Notes under the pieces: generated by a model
Seen by the model: only the letters and a program-made list of their open reading frames with translations
Database searches by the model: none
What the model was told of the DNA's origin: nothing
In this document: positions 24,401 through 37,094 of the stretch, one piece after another
Numbering within the stretch: the stretch's first letter is position 1
Layout: each line of letters starts with the position of its first letter
NCBI GenBank assembly: GCA_964187785.1
Contig: OZ076417.1
Location: 17,050,001 to 17,114,000, forward strand
DNA from: Amphiscolops sp. MND2022
Taxonomy: Eukaryota
Direction: 5' to 3'
Length of the DNA stretch: 64,000 bases
Translations under genes and position numbers: made by a program

Positions 24401-27400
24401 AAACTTTGACCGTTTCCACGTGAGATCATTCGCATAAAATATTTATTGAACGGCCGTCCTTTTCCTGAAATCCAGTCGGATATCGGGTCGGATTTATTCT
24501 CCTTTATACCGCTATTTTCTTAAGAGCACTAAAGATTTTTTGTCGATTGAGAAAAGTTCATTAAATACTTTTCGCTTATTTTCAGTACTTATTCAGATAT
24601 TACGTCACTTTCGCCTTTTGGCGCTTCAAAAACAATTCAATCAAATGCACTGCTTCGTTATAGATGGCCGAGAAAAAAAACGAATGACTGACTATTACCT
24701 CACTCCTAGCAGATCGAATATTAGAATCTCTGGTGTTAGTTCGAAACAGTGGACAGATTTGAAGCCGACATTGACGTCAATACCAGACTGAAGTTTACAG
24801 ATGACCGAAAACGCATCAGACACATTTTGCTCGTAGTTCACTCGCTCCTCTTCCGACGAAAATGTCTCGGGCACTCTGTTGATTAGATAGTCACCTATAA
24901 AACGGTCTAAATAAGCTGTTAGTGTAAGAAACAAACTGAACCTTTATTTGTGAAAAAAAGAATTGGACAAAATCAAAAACAGCTCTGAATTCTTCTATCA
25001 TCCACGTTATCGAATTCTACAGTTTTGTTGGGCTTTTGAAATGCAGGTTTGCATATAATGAAGAAACTTCCTAATTTCATCGGTTGTATTTACTACCAAA
25101 TTGGCATGTGGGAATTTTGTAACAATTGGCACCTAATTTGTAATTTTTGTTAATTTTCCAAGTACTTATTCATTTCCTGAAGACTGTTTTACATCAAGAT
25201 AAGTGGTGTTATGTTTTTTGATGAGGTTTTTTTCTAGCATTTCAGTTCATTTACTATCTTATTACGTGGCACAGTTATTTTTCACAAAGATTGGGGATCC
25301 AGTTTTCGGTTTTAGACTTGTTTTCGATAAAATTTATATCAACAAAATCTGCTAATTAAGGCGATTTTATCAATTATCTTAAACATTCAATTTGTCTTTC
25401 CAGTTCTCTAAATTTATTAGTGAAACATAGAAATCACTAGATGTTAAATGTTAGCTTTGTTTACATGCAGTCTAAGTTTTTTCTTTGAAATAAGGGTTCA
25501 ATTCGATTCTTACACTATTGTAGCTGTGATTCGTGAGAAAATATTGCAAATCGTTTTCTATTTGGGAAAAGACCGGTAAACGGAAGAACTGAACGACAGC
25601 TTGAATAAAACAGATATGAAAAGTTATGATATCAAGTGTGAACAATTTTCACTATGAATAAATCTCCAGGTGTTACATTATCATTTGTTGATTTCAAATA
25701 ACAATCGACGTCTGCATAAGCATGTCAACTAGTCTGCATGATATTGCATGATTCAGGTCCCAGGAGTTGGAACCAAGCACGTGATTAAATGTTGCCGGGC
25801 CGGGCTTATAACCGGGATTTTCCAGCTTGTATTTTTTCGGAACGGGTATATCAATTCGAAAAATGAATCAAAAATTTATACATTAAACTGGGCTATTTTA
25901 TTTCCGCAATTGATTCCTTTCATTTGCCCGCTGTAGTTTTAGACGCACAGATTGAGACTCGTGGAGCCCAGATGTCTGCCAACAACTGTCTGATGTTGAA
26001 TTCTGTTGTAAAAAATGGGATTTTTGAATTCCCATGATGCTTATACCTGATTATCATTTACAATTTACTTTCGAGTATCAAATTCGTTTTCGGTCAGTTT
26101 CGTCGGGCATTAAAAATGTTCAAAAATATCGGGTGATGTGTTAGGGTTTTAAAAACGACTCGGGTCGGGCTTCGGGTAGAAAATCATGACCCGGTTCCAA
26201 CTCTGGATCCCAACATAAGCATTCAATGAAACGCATAGCTGCGTCATTAAAATCGGCCCTTCCGGGGCTCGATGCCGCTAGGGTATCCAAAAAAACGGTA
26301 AACATCAAACACTTTTGAGCACTCAATTTCAAAAGGTTCAACAGGTTCAAAATAGCGCTGTAATTTGGACTGCAGCGTGTCAATCATTCAGTATACCAAT
26401 TTCAAGTATTATTTAATTACCAATTATTATTTCAATTTGATTAACAATTACTAATTCAAATTTATTGGATTTCCACATCCTGAAGATTTCCTTAAAAATT
26501 CAAAACCTATCATTTCCACAATTTTTTTAATAGAGAAAACCTGATTTTATGAACACTTCCACAAATAAACCTCAAATTCCAGAGTTTTCTCGTGACAATC
26601 CTAATTCTGAATGTTGCGGATGATATTCATCTCATTGATACTTAATTCTTAGTTCATCACTGACAAAGGTTTCCTAGCCTGACCGTCAACACTAATTGGT
26701 TGTCTGCATTTGCGGGGGTGTTCTCACAGTCAAAAAATCTACACAGTGTTACGTCACCAATGCAGATCATTTACCATTAGCAGGGATTTTAATAAGAAAG
26801 GGGTCACCATTTTTGGCAGTCAGAAACCCTGACAAAAGAACGCCAGAGTAAATCATGTAAGCACTTACGACTCGTCAGCAATAAAAGTTGAAATTTCTCA
26901 AATAAATGAGTTGAGATAATATGCTTTTTCGAGGACACACCGAAGCATATACCAATGCTTCCATGAACTACCATAGTTTTAATTAAACATTTGAAAATAC
27001 ACATGGAAATTTTCTGCGAGTTGGGTAACCATGTAATTCATTTACGCAAGCACACGTGATGTAGCTGTTAACCTTATGAGAAACACTGGGCAAGGAATAG
27101 CATCCCAACACAATTTTGATACAGGACAAAGGACTCACCTAAATGCTTCATCAAGTCGGTAGTTGTGATATACTCTATGCCTTTTGAGAATTCGATGACC
27201 CTGCGTAAAAGAAGAACATTCATTATTGCGATCAAGGGGCAAGGTCCATTTTCGTTCTGGGTGACAATTGGGCAATCATTTTTGTGAAACTTGATCCATT
27301 TGATATGATACAAAGAATTATCGACTGCATTAGCCCCAACTGATAATTCGACAGCTCGAGTCTCTGTCAAGCTAGGTACTTTGTCGGAAACTATTGTTGT

Positions 27401-27469
27401 GCTTTCCTCTGAAGTACTTTCTGATTGACTCGCCAAAACAGGGTCCTGCTCTTCTTGCAAGGCAGTCAT
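18456..27469 (-). CDS. MINDY1/2: MINDY1/2-family K48 deubiquitinase (FAM63), 6 coding exons, 433 aa
   Basis: Exons 27469-27139, 24894-24699, 20496-20331, 20058-19956, 19241-19024, 18743-18456 join in frame (1302 nt). Motifs: catalytic TQNENGPCPLIAI, DVNVGF, LYHGWLVDPQ, FRNNHFST, LVTDQGF; MIU-like DYELALRL and DEELARRIQ; C-terminal CaaX CNIL. Intron 4 needs a GC donor. AATAAA (- strand) at 18261-18266. Confidence 0.95.
19860..19945 (-). mobile_element. tRNA-derived SINE fragment in MINDY intron 4
   Basis: GGTCGTGGGTTCGAACCCGGG T-arm/B-box on the - strand. Confidence 0.5.
20855..24410. repeat. Two-copy tandem duplication (period about 1784) inside MINDY intron 2
   Basis: Near-identical ORFs at 21265/23049, 21526/23310 and 21944/23728. 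Confidence 0.93.
21766..22283 (-). mobile_element. Related HINE-like element (second copy at 23550-24067)
   Basis: AACAAGCCGGGAAAG end and a hairpinned other end ...GGCGATTTTAGTCAACTAAAAGCGCCCACTG; subTIR match is imperfect. Confidence 0.45.
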
Positions 27470-27809
27470 CAGACCTGAAAATGGAATGTGAAATGACAGT
27501 TTGTATTTACTTTTTTCTCCTAACCCCGCGATTGGTTCCAAATTGCCACAGTATAGCTTGTATTATCCGAACAAGGTTACCTTTGGCTTAATGAACATTG
27601 GTGGGACGACATCACTACCGCTGCCTACTCAATAATAGCGAAAGCTGCGCAACACATCAACTTGGAGACAAAACAAGAACTTCATGAAAAATTCTCTGGA
27701 AGTTACTCTAACGTGGAATATCAACTGACAATTATTATCATTATGGCTTTGTACGGCAGTGCGGATACGAATTGAATCACTACGGTCGAAAACAAGGGTT
27801 ATCGACATC

Positions 27810-28217
27810 GGGTCGATCAGTGAGAATTCCGGAAATTGATCGACTGAGCCGTGTCGAATTCATAAAATTGCGGAAACATGTCATTGAAATCAAACTGGAC
27901 TGATTTTTCTCAGCCTTAACAAACCTTGTGGATGTGATTCTCGAAGGAAACGGACCTGTCGAATTTCGACCGTACTTCATTGTGCGAAACTTATTGCGCT
28001 AAAAAATTTTTTCAGTAAAAAGGCCCGATGGAGGACTTCGTCCTATCGCTGTAGGCAAAACTTTCCGCCGGTTTTCTGCAAAAGGTACCGGATACCAAGT
28101 CTACGTATCACGTCAAGCAAGATACGGAAGTCGATAAGAAGGTGTAGCCACCAAAAAGGACGCTGAATTGGCCTCACATGTTTTCCGTGGTGATAGAATG
28201 TCCCAGCCCGAGGGAAT
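27810..28217 (+). mobile_element. Degenerate non-LTR RT fragment, CRE/NeSL-like
   Basis: Reading across frameshifts gives ALTNLVDVILEG...RPYF..AKLIALK..KPDGGLRPIAVGKTFRRFSAK, an early-branching-clade RT signature; runs into the assembly gap. Confidence 0.7.
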
Positions 28218-28417
28218 NNNNNNNNNNNNNNNNNNNNNNNNNNNNNNNNNNNNNNNNNNNNNNNNNNNNNNNNNNNNNNNNNNNNNNNNNNNNNNNNNNN
28301 NNNNNNNNNNNNNNNNNNNNNNNNNNNNNNNNNNNNNNNNNNNNNNNNNNNNNNNNNNNNNNNNNNNNNNNNNNNNNNNNNNNNNNNNNNNNNNNNNNNN
28401 NNNNNNNNNNNNNNNNN
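28218..28417. other. Assembly gap (200 N)
   Basis: Run of N. Confidence 1.
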
Positions 28418-28536
28418 GGCCCTTAGATAGGAGTGACAGATATCACAATTTGAGCGGACTTTCCTCTGCGGAATTTCACGGTAATCATCCAATCTTCCTC
28501 GCACCTCCTTCGTTCTCCGGTAGTTTACTCAGAATT

Positions 28537-29713
28537 TTATAGTCGTTTCGCTGCCTCTACAAATCTAACTGAGTTTTTCCAAACTTCTTCTTTGTTGTTG
28601 TCAACTAAAGTTTGTATTGATTTAGGCTGCCAGAATTCTCTCAAATTTTCATAAAAAGGACAAACTTTTAAGAAGTGGTCTGCACTGTCATCTTCTATCA
28701 TACACGTACATAATGGGGTGAAACACCGGCCAATTTTAAACTTGAAGAATCCAAGGTGACTTTGTTCTGACAGCAGCTGCACCATCTTGTTCATTTGCGA
28801 TTTACTCAACCATTTCGGTAGCATTTCTTTTTCGTGAACTCTCAATACCAAATTGTCAATTGGGTTACTGCTTAATCTAACGTTCCGCCGCTTTCTAATT
28901 CCGTTTGTCATCGTTTCAGGGTTGTAGGTATCAAGTTGGCCAAGTATTCTTCTGTCTGCATTTACTTTTCTTGCAATTTGACTCGTATTTAACATTAGGA
29001 GAGAGCGAATGGGGTCATTTTCTTGTTGTTGCATCGCTTTTATGCAAAACTTCGCTGCGTACGATTCTAATTGAAAGTTTATTGGGACAAGATTTGCAAG
29101 CAGTTCTAGCAATCTTTTTGGGGGATTCCAAGTTTTGCAAGTTATTAGTGCTATCATTTCGGACCACAGTGTTGAGTTTTGGAACTTGAGTTTGTCTCCC
29201 TACAGAAAAGCAAGATATGTCCACTGTGGAATAACAATCGACTGGCACAACTTTTTCATTGTATGTGGTTTAATAATTTGAAGATTTAGATAGCTTCGTT
29301 TTAAAAAACCCAGGGTTTGCGCGGCTTTGTTGGTAGAGTTCTCAATTTGTTCTTTGAAACGCAAATGCCTGTCGATGAGTACCCAACACTTTTATCGTTG
29401 AGGGGAAATCGACTTTGGAACCATTTAGCTCCAGGACAGGAACAGTTTCAACTTTTTGTCTGTTTGATTTCTGGAATATAATAGCTTTTGTTTTCTCAGC
29501 AGATGCTTTAATACGCCACTTCTTCATCCACCAGACTAATTTATCAATATCCCGTTGAAGACACTCGATAGAATTTGAGAGTGTGTCACCTACAGCCAGC
29601 AAAGTGAGATCGTCAGCATATTTGAAATCTTCACTTAGACAGTCCTTACAAAGGTTCATGACGAAAATTGTAAATAGGATTGGTGATATGACTGAACCTT
29701 GGGGAACGCCCAC
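28537..29713 (-). mobile_element. 5'-truncated, degenerate LINE (Jockey/I-like) ORF2 fragment: RT plus C-terminal Cys/His motif
   Basis: GVPQGSVISPILF, KYADDLTLL, KWRIKASAEKTKAIIF; after a frameshift VLGVLIDRHLRF; C-terminal CTC...DHFLKVCP. Contains a stop and a frameshift. Confidence 0.85.
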
Positions 29714-30589
29714 ACAATCTCAGAGGCTTACAATCTCAGACCAGAGTTGAGACTTCAGAAACTTCAGAGACTTCCGACAATAATTATTATATGCGTTGAC
29801 ATAAAAGACAATAGGTGGACAATACAAAAGTGAACAAAATTTCGTTGTAAGTGTGAAATGTGGCATGCTTTCACTTTTAGAACGCGATCGGGAATGGGAA
29901 CAAGACGTTTTAGGGGCGGGAATAACGTCTAAGGAATAACGTCTAAAGGAATAACGTCTAAATTTTACTCATTTTTCGGGAATAACGTCTAAAGATTTAG
30001 ACGTCAGTAAGGGAGAATCATTGACGATTACAAGTAGAAACAGCTTTAGTTGTCAATGTTAAACTGTCACAATATGTTTACAAACGTTTTCGACTATGAA
30101 AAGTCATCATCAGGCATAATAATCTGAAAATATAAACAACATGAAAGCACCAAACTAAATGGAGATTTATAAATTTGATAGAACGTAAAAAATGCAATGC
30201 GTAGACGCTATAAACCAATTGAACTATTTAGACGTCATTCCCGTTTTTTTAGATGTTATTCCCGATTTTGAAATATTGTTTCTCGTGCTGAAAAATTCCT
30301 TCCCTTGCTCTAGTTTTCAGGAATGAACTATGAAATAATCGAAGGCCACGGAATACGAGCAAAAGTCTATGTGTCTGATGGGTATTTGTTCCTAAATCGA
30401 AAAAAAACGTCCAAAATATCAAAAAACTATGCAAATACGTCCGAAAAAAGGAATAACGTAAAAAATTCAGAAAAACGCCCAAAATATCCGAAAGTCATCG
30501 AAATACGACTGAGAAGCGGGAAAAACAAATTGAATTGGAAAAAAAATAAATCGTTTAAAATCTCAAACTAAAAAGTGATATAAAATATA

Positions 30590-33500
30590 AAACGTGCCTC
30601 GGATATGTCCCCATTCCTTCTGGTGCCCCGCGGCCCCTTGGGGCCGCTTATGTTCCCATCTTGCTAAGCGAGGTCGAACAGGAGCAAAGACCTAGCGGGA
30701 ACGGAGATCGCGAAGCGATCGTAGTGGGAGCTGGTCTTTGCGACGGTGAGGGCGAGCATGCATACACCGCATATGCCCCACATTTTGATATTTTCGCTCT
30801 CAGAAAGCCTTTTTCGAAACAGGAATAACGTCTGAAACTTCAGACGCTAGTCTCAAAAATGATTTATTTTAGACGTTATTCCCCTTTTGTATTTAGATGT
30901 TGTTCCTCAGACGTTCTTCCCGCTGCCACGTATTTTGATGATTTTTTGACGTTTTAGACGTTTTGCCAATTTTAGACGTTATTCCCGTTTTTCAGACGTA
31001 TTTTGATCGTTTTTTGACATTTTAAACGTATGTCAGTTTTAGACGTTATTCCTCTTTTTAGACGTTATTCCTCTTTTTAGACGTTATTCCACTTTTTAGA
31101 CGTTATTCCCGTTTTTTTAGACGTTATTCCCGTTCATTTCAGATTTAGATGTTATTCCTTTAGACGTTATTCCCGGTGGACTTTTAGACGTTATTCCTTA
31201 GACGTTATTCCTGTTCCCCAAGACGTTTCGGCACAAGACGTTTCGGCAACAAGATGGCGGAAGACGTTTCGGCAACAAAATGTTGCCGAAACGTCTTTCA
31301 CCTGCTGTGAAGACGTTTCGGCACCAAAGACGTTTCGGCAACAAGAAGAAGGGTGGCTGTAAATAGGTCGAATTTTTCTGGTCGAAAGGACAGAGGTCGA
31401 AACTTTTGATCGAATTGCCGGGATCGAATGGAATGCGGTCGAATTTTATCGTATTTGTTGTATGGCTCGGTCGCATCGCTCCCTTCGCCAAGTAGCAACA
31501 TTGAGGCATGGCCACATGGCACGTCGCTCCGCTTCGCTTCGCTCCTGCATTCAGGGCACTAGGGGTATGTGAACATATCTGACTACGTTATAAAAATTTC
31601 GATCCGAGTTGTTTCGATCCCATTCAAAAAATTTGGTATGTCGACCTGAGGACTAACTCTGATTTTCGATCCCGTTCCTTCGACCTACTTCCGCCCACCC
31701 CAAGAAGAACAATCTGTAGTTTTCTTTAGTATGAAACGTGCCCCATATATGTCCCCATTTCCTCTAGTGCCCCGCGGCCCCTTTGGGGCCGCTTATTATC
31801 CCATCTTGCTAAGCGAGGTCGAACAGGAGCAGAGACCTAGCGGAAACGGAGATCGCGAAGCGATCGTAGTGGGAGCTGGTCTTTGCGACGGTGAGGGCGA
31901 GCGTGCATACACCGAATATGCCCCCACATTAGAAGGGGAAAGTACTGAAAATTTTCTGAGACATTCACGAAAAGTAAAAATTTATTCTTAAGAAGTCAAA
32001 AAAAGTCACAAAATGTTGCCGAAACGTCTTTCACCTGCTGTGAAGACGTTTCGGCACCAAAGACGTTTCGGCAACAAAAAGTTGCCGAAACGTCTTCCGC
32101 CATCTTGTTGCCGAAACGTCTTGTGCCGAAACGTCCGGAACCCTCGGGAATAACGTCTAAATACAAAACGGGAATCACGGGGAAACGGAAATCGGACTAA
32201 AGAAATAGAACTAATGGAATTAGGACTAACATGCTCGAAATTTCTGAAACGTTCATGTGAAATAGAACTAATTTCGTATATTCTCAAACAGGAATTAGAA
32301 CTATTTTGTTACGGGAATTGGAACTAAAAACAGGAATTAGAACTAATTTGTTACGGGAATTGGAACTTAAAAAGTGGGAATAGGACCTAAAATGCGGAGT
32401 GAGACCCAAGGGGAGAACGGAATAGTATCTAAAGGAATGATATCTAAAGTTTTTCAGAGTATAAAACGTGCCTCTGATTTTTCCTCATTTCCTCTAGTGC
32501 CCCGCGGCCCCTTGGGGCCGCTTATGTTCCCATCTTGCTAAGCGAGGTCGAACAGGAGCAAAGACCTAGCGGGAACGGAGATCGCGAAGCGATCGTAGTG
32601 GGAACTGGTCTTTGCGAGGGTGAGGGCGAGCATGCATACACCGCATATGCCCCACATTTTGATATTTTCGCTTTCAGAAAGCCTTTTTCGAAACAGGAAT
32701 AACGTCTGAAACTTCAGACGCTAGTCTCAAAAATGATTTATTTTAGACGTTATTCCCCTTTTGTATTTAGATGTTGTTCCTCAGACGTTCTTCCCGCTGC
32801 CACGTATTTTGATGATTTTTTGACGTTTTAGACGTTTTTGCCAATTTTAGACGTTATTCCCGTTTTTCAGACGTATTTTGATCGTTTTTTGACATTTTAA
32901 ACGTATGTCAGTTTTAGACGTTATTCCTCTTTTTAGACGTTATTCCTCTTTTTAGACGTTATTCCACTTTTTAGACGTTATTCCCGTTTTTTTAGACGTT
33001 ATTCCCGTTCATTTCAGATTTAGATGTTATTCCTTTAGACGTTATTCCCGGTGGACTTTTAGACGTTATTCCTTAGACGTTATTCCTGTTCCCCAAGACG
33101 TTTCGGCACAAGACGTTTCGGCAACAAGATGGCGGAAGACGTTTCGGCAACAAAATGTTGCCGAAACGTCTTTCACCTGCTGTGAAGACGTTTCGGCACC
33201 AAAGACGTTTCGGCAACAAGAAGAAGGGTGGCTGTAAATAGGTCGAATTTTTCTGGTCGAAAGGACAGAGGTCGAAACTTTTGATCGAATTGCCGGGATC
33301 GAATGGAATGCGGTCGAATTTTATCGTATTTGTTGTATGGCTCGGTCGCATCGCTCCCTTCGCCAAGTAGCAACATTGAGGCATGGCCACATGTCACGTC
33401 GCTCCGCTTCGCTTCGCTCCTGCATTCAGGGCACTAGGGGTATGTGAACATATCTGACTACGTTATAAAAATTTCGATCCGAGTTGTTTCGATCCCATTC

Positions 33501-34540
33501 AAAAAATTTGGTATGTCGACCTGAGGACTAACTCTGATTTTCGATCCCGTTCCTTCGACCTACTTCCGCCCACCCCAAGAAGAATAATCTGTAGTTTTCT
33601 TTAGTATGAAACGTGCCCCATATATGTCCCCATTTCCTCTAGTGCCCCGCGGCCCCTTTGGGGCCGCTTATTATCCCATCTTGCTAAGCGAGGTCGAACA
33701 GGAGCAGAGACCTAGCGGTAACGGAGATCGCGAAGCGATCGTAGTGGGAGCTGGTCTTTGCGACGGTGAGGGCGAGCGTGCATACACCGAATATGCCCCC
33801 ACATTAGAAGGGGAAAGTACTGAAAATTTTCTGAGACATTCACGAAAAGTAAAAATTTATTCTTAAGAAGTCAAAAAAGTCACAAAATGTTGCCGAAACG
33901 TCTTTCACCTGCTGTGAAGACGTTTCGGCACCAAAGACGTTTCGGCAACAAAAAGTTGCCGAAACGTCTTCCGCCATCTTTTTGCCGAAACGTCTTGTGC
34001 CGAAACGTCCGGAACCCTCGGGAATAACGTCTAAATACAAAACGGGAATCACGGGGAAACGGAAATCGGACTAAAGAAATAGAACTAATGGAATTAGGAC
34101 TAACATGCTCGAAATTTCTGAAACGTTCATGTGAAATATAACTAATTTCGTATATTCTCAAACAGGAATTAGAACTAATTTGTTACGGGAATTGGAACTA
34201 AAAACAGGAATTAGAACTAATTTGTTACGGGAATTGGAACTTAAAAAGTGGGAATAGGACCTAAAATGCGGAGTGAGACCCAAGGGGAGAACGGAATAGT
34301 ATCTAAAGGAATAATATCTAAAGTTTTTCAAAGTATAAAACGTGCCTCTGATTTTTCCTCATTTCCTCTAGTGCCCCGCGGCCCCTTGGGGCCGCTTATG
34401 TTCCCATCTTGCTAAGGAAGAACGGTTCTGGAACGGAGATCGCGAAGCGATCGTAGTGGGAGCTGGTCTTAGCGACGGTGAGGGCGAGCGTGCATACACC
34501 GAATATGCCCCCACATTAGAAGGGGAAAATACTGAAAATT
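30590..34540. repeat. Tandem duplication (period about 1875, two copies plus a partial third) of nested inverted-repeat DNA
   Basis: Near-identical ORFs at 31198/33073 and 31731/33606; arrays of GACGTTATTCC and GACGTTTCGGCA motifs. Confidence 0.92.
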
Positions 34541-35977
34541 TTATTCTTGAATAAAATGATTTGAGATCTGACTGTTTTATAAAATCAATCATTGATTTTA
34601 TAAAACAGTCAGATCTCAAATCATTTTATTCAAGAAGATATTGTATTTAAAGATACAATCATTATTTTTCTCCTTCCATGATGGAAGGGGAAAAATAATG
34701 ATTGTATCATTTTTTTGTTGATCAATTGTATTACTTTACTTTTGTACTACTTTCATGTTCCACGTTTCCAATTTGCATTTTGTACCATGTTTTTATCCGC
34801 TTCTGCGTTTTTTTTGTTGTACTACTGTTAGGTCCGATGTTTACAATTGAACATGTCGTGATTTTGTCAATTTGATCAAGGTAACTGCAACTTTTGCGTG
34901 CCAAAAGTTGTTTAGTCCTATTTCAATTAGTCCTATTTCCATTAGTTCTAAGGCGGCACTAAAAAAGAATTAGTCCTATTTCAGTTTTGAACATTAGTCC
35001 TATTTCATTAGTCCGAATTCCTGTCTCCCGGGAATCACATCTAAAATTAAATCATTTGTGGGAATGTTTAAAGTTTTAGACGTTATTTCACTTTTTAGGC
35101 GTTATTCCTGTTTCAAAAATTGAACTTTCTGAGAGTGAAAATATCAGTTCCACAACTTTTTCACACCAAATGGCTGACTTCAAACAGGTGGAGACAAGAG
35201 TACTATTGTCTACGTTTTTCAGTTGTTTTTCCCGATTTTGGAATCTTGTTTCATATTCTTTTCTTTATTCGTTATTCTTTTTCAGTGTAAATGGTATTCC
35301 TTTCGACGTTTTTCTCGGTGGACATCAGAGGTTATTCTTTGACGTTATTCGCGCCCCTAGTAGTAGAGGGGAACGGAGTAAGACAAATCGAAAACGTAAG
35401 AGCTATAAAAAAACCGTTTTTTTTTTGGGAATAAGACCTAAAACTTTAGATCTTATTCCTGTCTTCAGGTACTTTTTCTGTAAAATGGTAAAAATAGTAT
35501 AAAACGGTATGCTCAACTTCTACGAGGGAAGCAAGAGCTAAAATTGACTTAAGATCTGAAACTCCGCTATTTAATATCGAGTTAATATCTAGCGCGCCTG
35601 ATATGTCCTCATTTCCTTTAGTCCCGCGACCGTTTATGCACCGGATATGCTCCACCACATCATGTTGGGAAAGTACTTAAAATATGAGAAGACATTTACG
35701 AAAAGTAATGATGATTTGAGATCTGACTTTTTTTTATAAAATCAATGGGAGGAAAAAAATAATGATGGATAGATTTTTCATTTATTAGTTTTTTGTGTTG
35801 ATTGTGTCAATTCTGTTTATTGGGGATTCTTTTCTGAAGATTTGGGAATGTATTCTGGCTTCAAGCGTTTTTTTTCAGCAAAAAAAAACAAATCTTTTAG
35901 GCCGTAATTTTATTGTTTATTTCGTTTCCTTTTGGTGGCAGACCACTGGTGTCTCCCCCTGTACACGAAGACGGCAC

Positions 35978-36817
35978 CAGGGGTTTGCAATAATTAATTG
36001 GTCTTCCAATAATTGCAATAATAATTGCCAATATTATTGATTGGGCACTTTTCCAATAACCAATTAATTGGAAATCGTTTTGCCAATTATTGGTTTCATT
36101 GGTTTTCAAATTGAAAGCTCTTTTTCAGGTTTGAAATGAGTTCGAACAGAGATTTTAAAACCATATGCAAGAAGTATTTCACACCAATGGAAAATGACAT
36201 TTTCAAATGCAAATGTGGCAAAATTTTGAAGCAAAAAAAAGGTACCGGTTGGTCTAATTTGATGGTGCATATTCGAACACAACACGAAACAACTCCATCC
36301 GGTCCCCAAAATACTTTGGACTTTATGCAATGTAAGAAGTCTCAAACCATCCATGATTGGATCGAATGGATATGCATGGAGCTTCGACCTTTTAGCTTTG
36401 TGGAAAGCGAGTATGTGAAGAAAAATGTCAAGCTTGAAGCAATTTCAAAGAATACTTTGCAAAAGTATATGCATCTCCTCACCAAGAAAGTGGAACAAGA
36501 AATCATCAGCAACAATTGTGCCATTGCCAAAAACAATTCGTTTGAAAACGCTATTGTTAAGCTACAGTCTGGTGATGAATGTGCTCTCAACGTAAATGAA
36601 AATCTAGCGTGCAAAAAATTGAGAAGAACTTCTGATAATCGAGTGCGTCTTTTCGATGATTTTTGTTATTTAATCACTCTGAAACAGCTGTTTTTTAAAG
36701 TGCCCAATTATTGCACTTATTGCAATAATTTATTGGTCAAGGGTCCAATAATCAATTAATTGGTTTTCAGAAGTTTTGGGACCAATAATTATTGCAATTA
36801 TTTATTGCAAAGCCCTG
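35978..36817 (+). mobile_element. Internally deleted hAT DNA transposon (840 bp)
   Basis: TIRs CAGGGGTTTGCAATAA / TTATTGCAAAGCCCTG (1 mismatch in 16); 8-bp TSD GACGGCAC at 35970-35977 and 36818-36825; subterminal AAT(T)ATTG-rich repeats. Confidence 0.92.
36136..36759 (+). pseudogene. Truncated hAT transposase with BED-type zinc finger
   Basis: FKCKCGKILKQKKGTGWSNLMVHIRTQH (BED-like) and WIEWICMELRPFSFVE, fused to a C-terminal-like FENAIVKLQSG segment; catalytic core missing. Confidence 0.8.
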
Positions 36818-37094
36818 GACGGCACTAGATTAGTGACGCCGATCTATGTCATCTGATAGGCAAAAGAAAAGAATAATCGAGAAAAAGAGAAAACAAATTG
36901 TTAGGCCGTATTCCCGTTTTTTTAGGTCTTATTCGGTTTGTTGGTTTTTTAAGGCGACGAGCGAAGCGAGGGGCCTTATTGTTTGCGTTTAGTTTTTTTT
37001 CGCCAAAACGTGACATCCCTCTGCATTTGTAAAAGTTTCGGCTATTTTTCTCCAAGTCTATTTCTCCGAGACAATTCAAAATTTCAAAAAAAGA

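Noticed and set aside
30820-33215. Regular short repeats (GACGTTATTCC, GACGTTTCGGCA) superficially like a CRISPR array
   Set aside because: No unique constant-length spacers, both orientations present, no cas genes, and an intron-containing eukaryotic context.
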